A DNA stretch of 36,927 nucleotides from the IMG/VR virus record IMGVR_UViG_3300046779_000353, positions 1 through 36,927 of that record; one strand, written 5' to 3'. This DNA is from a virus. Taxonomy: Duplodnaviria > Caudoviricetes. Positions 8,471-14,175 of the stretch are shown here, piece after piece. A program made the position numbers and the translations under genes. The notes under the pieces were generated by a model that worked only from the letters and a program-made list of their open reading frames with translations, was not told the origin of the DNA and did no database searches. Position 1 is the first letter of the stretch. Every line of letters starts with the position of its first letter.

Positions 8471-8731
8471 TCAACATTTCCATCTACGCATTGATGCTCT
8501 TGCACGGCTTCCCTCTTCGCTCTTTTTTGCGATAGGTGCCATTCTAGCACAAAACGACTTTTTCCTACCCTCGTCAGCCTTCGTCTTCGGGTGCGGTGCC
8601 GGTGCCTTCAAGTTCGAGCCTGTCTCGCGGTTGTACTTCTCTCGCCCCTTGGCTGTCAGGCCGGCGCCCTTGGAGACCGGCAGCTTCTCGCCCCGGCCAA
8701 CACTTAACGACACACCTTTTTTCGTTGCCAT
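8471..8731 (-). CDS. Basic conserved phage protein (DUF6321-like, 86 aa)
   Basis: GLTAKGR...GSNLKAP...RKKSFCARM...WKC pattern; directly after terL. Confidence 0.7.
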   Translation of the reverse strand: MATKKGVSLSVGRGEKLPVSKGAGLTAKGREKYNRETGSNLKAPAPHPKTKADEGRKKSFCARMAPIAKKSEEGSRARASMRRWKC

Positions 8732-8732
8732 G

Positions 8733-10271
8733 TCAGGCTCCTAACCAACCCGTTGCAGCTGCTGCGCGCGGCGAATAGCCGTCGTTGCGGCGAGCTGCTC
8801 GTTCATACCCCGATTCGCGGCTTGCTACCGGGAACGCGAACGTCACTGCCAGCGCGTCGGCTGCGTCCGGTGACGCGAGGCCACGCGACTTCATCTCTTT
8901 CTTGCCTTCCAGATAGATCGTTCCCGACGAGTCGGGCTTCTTCATCGGGCCGGTCAGGTCGGCTTTTAGTTGCCGGTCGTTGGGGATGCTGGCAGTTTTC
9001 AACCAATCCTTCATCGCACCCCACATCTCAGCACGCTTGTTGCCCCACATGACGGGCTTGCTCGACTTCCATCCGAAGTTCACTCCACGCACCTTGTATC
9101 GCTGTTCTTTTAGCCTGTCAAGTACCCCGTAGCCCAGACCACCTTCGTCGATCACTGTTAGCGCCGGGCGGTACTCCTCGATCGCATCGATCACCCTGCC
9201 CACGGTCGTCATCGTGTCCTCGCCGTGGTACCGTTTGATCGCGACTAAATCCCGTCCTTGTCTGACGACGATGACGGTGGCGTCCGCGCCGCCGCGAGCT
9301 GGGTCAACGCCGACAACAACTGGCGCCGTCTCGTCCTTGTAGCGTGGCCTTTGGGCGGCATCGTCGACAGCAGACGCACCAATAAACTGATCTTCGCCAG
9401 CCGATGGGAATTCACCGTAGACCTCAACCCTAGCCTGTGGCGAATCCTCGCCATACTCCGCAATGATCTGCTCATATATCTGTTTGTCCGTGTCCTCGAC
9501 CGTTCGCGAGTCAATATTCTCTGTGTGCCAGAAGTTGCGCTTGGCGTGGAAGCACTCGTAGAAGTAGCCTTGATTACGCCGGGGGTTGGAGAACGCGAAC
9601 CAGTACCGGTCAAGGATGGGTTCTGTGAAGAAGCCCGCACCGACCGACCAGATGGCGTCCGGAATACCAGACGCTTCGTCGAAGATCAACATCATGCCGT
9701 CGTGGTTGTGGACACCCGCGTAGCTGTCGGGATTCTCTTCCGACCAGAGCTTGCCCTCGGCCGCCCAGTAGCGCGTACCTTTCTTCAAGTCGCGCTCGAC
9801 CAGTTCAGTGATCCACTTGGCCGGAATCAGCTTGGTTGCGCTGATCTCCCACCAATGGCTGTTAATCACCATTGCCTGCCACTTGGTCAACTCACCCCAT
9901 GTGACCGACCGCAGCTGCGCTTCACTGTTGGCGCTGACGATGACTGAAGACCCGATGCGGGTGGACAGCATCCACAAGACTAACCAAGAGACGAGCGCGG
10001 ACTTACCAATCCCTCGACCGGACGCAACCGCAGTGCGTAGGGCGTCCATGTCAATCTGACCCCGATTATTCTTGATGTGGCTAGCTATCCTGCGCAGTAT
10101 CTTGCGCTGCCAGGTGCGCGGGCCTTTGAACTTGGCCAGCGGCGTGTTGGGTTGCCCCCACGGGAACGCGAACAGCACGAACGCCTCGGGGTCGTCAGCG
10201 ATGGTCGGCGCCCAGAGGCGCGTCATTAGGAGCTGCTCGCCCTCGGCGTCATAGATCGGCTGTTGCGCCAT
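8733..10271 (-). CDS. terL: Terminase large subunit
   Basis: Walker A ASGRGIGKS, Walker B LIFDEASG, motif III FSNP, nuclease VGVDPARGGAD and C-terminal SPDAADAL. Confidence 0.95.
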   Translation of the reverse strand: MAQQPIYDAEGEQLLMTRLWAPTIADDPEAFVLFAFPWGQPNTPLAKFKGPRTWQRKILRRIASHIKNNRGQIDMDALRTAVASGRGIGKSALVSWLVLWMLSTRIGSSVIVSANSEAQLRSVTWGELTKWQAMVINSHWWEISATKLIPAKWITELVERDLKKGTRYWAAEGKLWSEENPDSYAGVHNHDGMMLIFDEASGIPDAIWSVGAGFFTEPILDRYWFAFSNPRRNQGYFYECFHAKRNFWHTENIDSRTVEDTDKQIYEQIIAEYGEDSPQARVEVYGEFPSAGEDQFIGASAVDDAAQRPRYKDETAPVVVGVDPARGGADATVIVVRQGRDLVAIKRYHGEDTMTTVGRVIDAIEEYRPALTVIDEGGLGYGVLDRLKEQRYKVRGVNFGWKSSKPVMWGNKRAEMWGAMKDWLKTASIPNDRQLKADLTGPMKKPDSSGTIYLEGKKEMKSRGLASPDAADALAVTFAFPVASRESGYERAARRNDGYSPRAAAATGWLGA

Positions 10272-10957
10272 TATTTACCTTGCAGTCGTTTCAAGTCTTG
10301 CAGGTGGTCGGAGCCTATAAAGTACACGCCTTTGGGTTGCGACAGCAACCAGCGTTGGCGGTGTTCGTTGGCTTTGTTGGCCATCTGGCGTGCGGGTGTG
10401 TCGTCAGCCTCCCACATTTCGCGCTCGCCCCGGTCTAAAAACGCCGCTACGTTTTCCTTTGACGCCGGGCGCTGGGCTTCTTGCAAAAACTCCGGCCCCA
10501 TGTTTTGCAGGAAAGTCGCCAAGGTCTTGCTGTCAAACTTACGGTCTTTAAAGTACCCGAACTTGTCTTGGTTTTCCAAAATGCTATCAAATATCGTCTT
10601 GTCGCTAGGCAGCACGTCTTTTTGTTTGTTTACGTCCGTGTTGGTAAACAGCGTAAACAGGAATTCTGACGGATATCCTTTGACCGCTTTGGCGGCTGCG
10701 TCGTCCCACGACCCTTTGTATGACACGCCCGGCAGCTTGTCGCCACCCGTGCCTTCGTAATACGCGCCGTGTTGCGCAGCCTCTGCTTTGATGCGAGCAG
10801 GCAGCGTCATGGGTTCGCCATGCACTTGCCCGACAAAGGTCACGCCAGGGCGAGGTGAGTAGGTCTGTATTGGTGCGGTGGGCGCGGCAAAGGCGTCAGC
10901 GCCGACTGCTTGCCGCAATACATTAACCGACGGCGGTGCGAGTGCGTTCAGTGGCAT
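10271..10957 (-). CDS. Hypothetical protein between terS and terL; possible EreA/ChaN/TraB(TIKI)-fold metallohydrolase
   Basis: 228-aa ORF coupled to terL (TAATG); motifs FVGQVH, YYEG, HRQRW and FIGSDHL. The fold call is inference. Confidence 0.65.
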   Translation of the reverse strand: MPLNALAPPSVNVLRQAVGADAFAAPTAPIQTYSPRPGVTFVGQVHGEPMTLPARIKAEAAQHGAYYEGTGGDKLPGVSYKGSWDDAAAKAVKGYPSEFLFTLFTNTDVNKQKDVLPSDKTIFDSILENQDKFGYFKDRKFDSKTLATFLQNMGPEFLQEAQRPASKENVAAFLDRGEREMWEADDTPARQMANKANEHRQRWLLSQPKGVYFIGSDHLQDLKRLQGK

Positions 10958-11372
10958 TTTCCAGATACTCCGGTTGCTGTTCCGTAATCAGTCCGTCGAT
11001 GACGCGTTCCTGCGCCTGCTGCAGCGCCTGCGTGATGCTGATCTTGTTCGTGATGTCGACACTAATCTCTTGGCGGGCCGTCCAGCCGTGGGCGTGCTGC
11101 AGGATCGCCAACGCTGCCTTAGCGTCGCCAGAGCGGGCTGCCTCACGCAGGTGGGCGCTGGCCTCCATCTCGCTGTCGGCGCGGCCCTTCATGGCGGCCA
11201 TGTCCGCTGCTGGGTCAAGCTCGCACAGCTGCCTAAACTCGGTGGGCAGCATACCAGCGGCCAAGGCGAGCGAGTCGCCTTTAAGTCCAAGCGCAGCTGC
11301 GTCATAGATGGCCTGAAGCCTGGCTTCGGTCGCCTCGACTTTGCGCGGGGTGAACGGGATGGATTTGAACAT
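10923..11372 (-). CDS. terS: Terminase small subunit (putative)
   Basis: First gene of the late operon; HTH-like N-terminus, GDAKAALAIL...GW motif, C-terminal ISITQALQQAQERV. Confidence 0.7.
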   Translation of the reverse strand: MFKSIPFTPRKVEATEARLQAIYDAAALGLKGDSLALAAGMLPTEFRQLCELDPAADMAAMKGRADSEMEASAHLREAARSGDAKAALAILQHAHGWTARQEISVDITNKISITQALQQAQERVIDGLITEQQPEYLENATERTRTAVG

Positions 11373-11378
11373 GGCTGC

Positions 11379-11406
11379 ATATTAGCGCATTTGCGTGTGA
11401 TGTCAA
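11379..11406 (-). promoter_or_regulatory. sigma70-like promoter for terS / late operon
   Basis: Minus strand TTGACA (11406-11401)-N16-TAATAT (11384-11379); predicted +1 falls at about the terS ATG. Confidence 0.5.
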
Positions 11407-11524
11407 TTTGTGGGCAATGTGGGCTATTTTTCTGGTGGTCGTTGGCTGGTTTTATAAAGAAAAAAAATTTTGTGCAGACCCTCCGTAATCGTGACCGGCC
11501 AGCCACGGGCCCCCCACCCCCCAG

Positions 11525-11650
11525 GTTAGTGAGCACTTACTTTTTTGAGTTGCCAGGCTGACAAGTTAGTAAGCACTAACTAACCAGGTTAGTGGGCACT
11601 CACTTACAAGGTTAGTGGTCACTAACATAGCCAGGTTAGTGAGTACTAAC
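11525..11650. repeat. Five copies of the 16-bp palindrome GTTAGT-N4-ACTAAC
   Basis: Copies start at 11525, 11565, 11588, 11611 and 11635, with 0-1 mismatch in the arms. Confidence 0.9.
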
Positions 11651-11673
11651 TGTTGCCCTTTTGCTATCAAATC

Positions 11674-11682
11674 TGTGGATAA
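11674..11682 (-). promoter_or_regulatory. Consensus DnaA box (TTATCCACA)
   Basis: TGTGGATAA on the + strand within the largest non-coding region, followed by AT-rich DNA. Confidence 0.5.
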
Positions 11683-11705
11683 CTTTATTTGTTGTCATTC
11701 TGCTA

Positions 11706-11732
11706 TGTGGGCAATGTGGGCAATGTGGACCA
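11706..11732 (+). repeat. Tandem 9-mer TGTGGGCAA x3 (also x2 at 11409-11426; inverted variant at 11842-11850)
   Basis: tgtgggcaa tgtgggcaa tgtggacca read directly from the sequence. Confidence 0.75.
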
Positions 11733-11970
11733 TGGTTTAAAATCGCTCGCCCCCAACGTGAGCGCAGCCATATTCCTAACCTTATTATCATAATACTATC
11801 GTTTTAAACTTAAAAATCAGCTGAGAAGATTAACTGTCACATTACCCACAAATAGCCAAAAGCCGCTTGCAGACTAGGTTTCGCCGTGGGTCACAAGGGG
11901 CGTTTTTTGGCGGCCACAATCTGCCCAATTCTGTCACAAAAAAATCATCATTTAGACTGCAAAATATTCT

Positions 11971-11999
11971 TTGACATTCTTTTGGATATGGACTATAAA
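11971..11999 (+). promoter_or_regulatory. Strong sigma70 promoter for the early small-gene cluster
   Basis: TTGACA-N17-TATAAA with AT-rich upstream sequence. Confidence 0.8.
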
Positions 12000-12060
12000 G
12001 ATGGGTAGCAACAAATTGTTTTACCGATTAACTGCCTATTTTTTAAGCAAAGGATTGAAA

Positions 12061-12255
12061 ATGATGACATTCGGCGAATACATGGCCTTCTTTGATAAAT
12101 GGCTCAATTACCAGTTTCCGCGTGATGAAGACGCGGCACACAATGGGCGCATCTTGCAAATTGTCGGTGAGATAGTGTCAGACGTAGACGATCTGCAATA
12201 TTGGGCGAACCGCGACTGTTGGTCGATGTATCACTACGCGAAGGAATTAGCATGA
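12061..12255 (+). CDS. Hypothetical early protein (64 aa; start moved to ATG 12061)
   Basis: AAAGGA RBS upstream of 12061; the longer track start overlaps the promoter -35. Confidence 0.65.
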   Translation: MMTFGEYMAFFDKWLNYQFPRDEDAAHNGRILQIVGEIVSDVDDLQYWANRDCWSMYHYAKELA

Positions 12256-12338
12256 AACCTACCATTCTCGAAATCGCTTGCGCCGTGTTCGGCTTTGCAT
12301 CGCTCGCGGTATTTGTCTTTATGTTGCTTGCTTACTAA
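12252..12338 (+). CDS. Small membrane peptide (28 aa; not in the ORF track)
   Basis: MKPTILEIACAVFGFASLAVFVFMLLAY; AAGGA RBS; ATGA overlap with the previous stop. Confidence 0.6.
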   Translation: MKPTILEIACAVFGFASLAVFVFMLLAY

Positions 12339-12597
12339 CCTACAGGAGAACCGACCATGAAAAATATTTCTTACACTTTCACCGAAGGCCAAATTGTCGA
12401 ACTATTCCACGGCGTGCCGCACGATTCATGGGACATTTATTCCGCACCGGATGACGTCATCACCCGCGCATTAGAGTGGAATGATGCAAACGGCGATTTC
12501 GAAGGTTTAGACCGGCTTCGTTTGCTCGAAATATTTTTGGCCGATTTTATCCGGTCAAAACAGGCTGTCTAACTTACAGGAGAACCGACCATGAAAA
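12335..12597 (+). repeat. 29-bp direct repeat pair (12335-12363 and 12569-12597) spanning stop-RBS-start
   Basis: CTAAC[C/T]TACAGGAGAACCGACCATGAAAA, one mismatch. Confidence 0.9.
12357..12572 (+). CDS. Hypothetical acidic early protein (71 aa)
   Basis: AGGAG RBS; bracketed by the direct repeats. Confidence 0.75.
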   Translation: MKNISYTFTEGQIVELFHGVPHDSWDIYSAPDDVITRALEWNDANGDFEGLDRLRLLEIFLADFIRSKQAV

Positions 12598-12920
12598 CTT
12601 CACTATCTGTCTACGATTTCCGCGACGCATTCCACAAAGCCGGACGCGGCGAACAATTCAGTTATGACGGCCTCGGCATACTGTTTGAATACATTGAGGA
12701 AGTCGAGGATTCCTGCGGCGAAGAGTTCGAACTCGACGTGATTGGCCTTTGCTGCGACTTTGCCGAGAGCGACTGGCAAACCATCGCGTCCGACTATTCA
12801 ATCGAGATTGACGAAAACGAAAGCGAAGACGAACAAGAGGCGCAAGTATTGGATTATTTGGCCGATCAAGGCGTTTTAGTTGGCAACACAAAATCTGGCA
12901 TCGTTTACCGGCAGTTCTGA
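12591..12920 (+). CDS. Highly acidic early protein (109 aa), possible DNA mimic / anti-restriction protein
   Basis: AGGAG RBS; about 27 D/E versus 6 K/R by hand count. Confidence 0.75.
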   Translation: MKTSLSVYDFRDAFHKAGRGEQFSYDGLGILFEYIEEVEDSCGEEFELDVIGLCCDFAESDWQTIASDYSIEIDENESEDEQEAQVLDYLADQGVLVGNTKSGIVYRQF

Positions 12921-13075
12921 TGCGCACGCAATACGGCTGGCTAGATGACTTCGGGGCGGTCTGCTGTTGGCGGGACTATCCGCCAGCAGCTGGCCGGCCT
13001 TACATAACGCGCAAAGTACCGCGCAAACGGGCACAAACGCCCACAATCGAAACTCACGGAGAAGCACTATGGTAA
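12920..13075 (+). CDS. Hypothetical protein (51 aa; not in the ORF track)
   Basis: TGATG coupling; MRTQYGWLDDFGAVCCWRDYPP...HGEALW. Confidence 0.6.
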   Translation: MRTQYGWLDDFGAVCCWRDYPPAAGRPYITRKVPRKRAQTPTIETHGEALW

Positions 13076-13245
13076 CGATTAAAGACTATTTGACACTTGA
13101 CGAACGCGAACGCGCCGCTTACATGGCCGGCAATTACGATCTGGCGCACGCGCTGCAGCAAATTGACGCGCTAGAGCGCGAAATTAGCCGCTTACAGTAC
13201 CTACTAACCGACCACGGAGTGAATTATGCGCAAGATAACGACTGA
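13069..13245 (+). CDS. Hypothetical coiled-coil protein (58 aa)
   Basis: GGAG RBS before ATG 13069; MVTIKDYLTLDERERAAYMAG... Confidence 0.65.
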   Translation: MVTIKDYLTLDERERAAYMAGNYDLAHALQQIDALEREISRLQYLLTDHGVNYAQDND

Positions 13246-13477
13246 CATCAGCGGCCCGCAGTGGCCGCAACACTTGTGGCCGTACACGTACACGCACGGC
13301 GATATCGAGCTGCTCTGCTTTGTCGACTGGGAACCGGCCGATCGTTCTGTCGGCTTTGCCGGCAATGCTTGGCTCATTCATGCATACGCCGGTGGTGTGG
13401 ATGTGGTCGACCTGCTCAAAGATACGATTATCCGTGACATTGAATCGGAGGCTGCATGTTCGCTCTCATCGGATTGA
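13226..13477 (+). CDS. Hypothetical protein (83 aa)
   Basis: GGAG RBS; overlaps the preceding gene in operon fashion. Confidence 0.65.
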   Translation: MRKITTDISGPQWPQHLWPYTYTHGDIELLCFVDWEPADRSVGFAGNAWLIHAYAGGVDVVDLLKDTIIRDIESEAACSLSSD

Positions 13478-13515
13478 TACTTGCGGCCCTGCTCGCGATC
13501 GTGCTAGGGTTGTGA
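13456..13515 (+). CDS. 19-aa hydrophobic peptide (not in the ORF track)
   Basis: GGAGG RBS at 13447-13451; MFALIGLILAALLAIVLGL. Confidence 0.55.
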   Translation: MFALIGLILAALLAIVLGL

Positions 13516-13559
13516 CGCGCGCACTCTCCCGCGCTGGCCCTTCGGGCCATCCTTCGGTT

Positions 13560-13592
13560 GCCCGTCAGGATCAAACCTGACGGGCTTTTTTT
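13560..13592 (+). terminator. Rho-independent terminator ending the early cluster
   Basis: GCCCGTCAGG-ATCAAA-CCTGACGGGC-TTTTTTT at the convergence with the methyltransferase gene. Confidence 0.9.
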
Positions 13593-14175
13593 ACGCCAGA
13601 GCGCCCCATTGAGTGGCCATTGCAGCCGCAATCCCTGGAAATGTAGCAGACCGGATTTTCCAGCGATCCGGTGATGGTGGCAGGTTGTACCATTCGGGCA
13701 AGCTTTTGCCGCTCTTAGTGACATGTCGCGCACCCTTGCTCACAATCTCAGTCGGCACAAGCGGTGGCACGTTCTGAAGCCACAGACACGTTGTTTTTGT
13801 GGCCTCATGGCCAAACTGGTACGGCTGGATAATCTGATCTGGCTTTCTGATTCGGCTGGAGATGATACTGACCGGATTTTCCAGCGCGATACGCGGTATT
13901 GGCGCGGCCAATAGCAATCGCACAAAGTCGAGCGCCTCGGCCTGCTCGACCTGCTTATCCTTGAACCAGCGCGCGCCTGAAACGGCCAGATGCGTACATG
14001 GCGGGTGTGCAATCATCAAATCCCATCCATCGCCTAAAATGTCGCGCACGTCACCCTGATAGTGCGGTCCAGGCACGTCAGTCGGCAGCAGGTCGCACGA
14101 TAGCGCGTCATGTCCTGCCCTGATGAACGCATCGCGCACCGTACCGCTGTATTCACAAGCGATTAAAACCCGCAT
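13591..14175 (-). CDS. Short DNA cytosine-C5 methyltransferase-like protein
   Basis: N-terminal SAM-binding-like ACEYSG, catalytic AHPPC (motif IV), ENP (motif VI), C-terminal RSATFPGIA; TGATG coupling to the primase gene. Confidence 0.75.
   Translation of the reverse strand: MRVLIACEYSGTVRDAFIRAGHDALSCDLLPTDVPGPHYQGDVRDILGDGWDLMIAHPPCTHLAVSGARWFKDKQVEQAEALDFVRLLLAAPIPRIALENPVSIISSRIRKPDQIIQPYQFGHEATKTTCLWLQNVPPLVPTEIVSKGARHVTKSGKSLPEWYNLPPSPDRWKIRSATFPGIAAAMATQWGALA

Noticed and set aside
11525-11650. Palindrome array as a mini-CRISPR (a Cas4-like gene is present)
   Set aside because: Repeats are 16 bp with 7-24 bp gaps, too short and irregular for CRISPR. The DUF2800 nuclease is a common stand-alone phage replication gene.
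11971-12060. N-terminal extension of the first early ORF as given in the track
   Set aside because: The TTG start is the -35 hexamer of the promoter; an RBS supports ATG 12061 instead.
12564-12580. Integron attC-like RYYYAAC (GTCTAAC) at an early-gene stop codon
   Set aside because: No matching GTTRRRY or attC hairpin downstream and no integron integrase.
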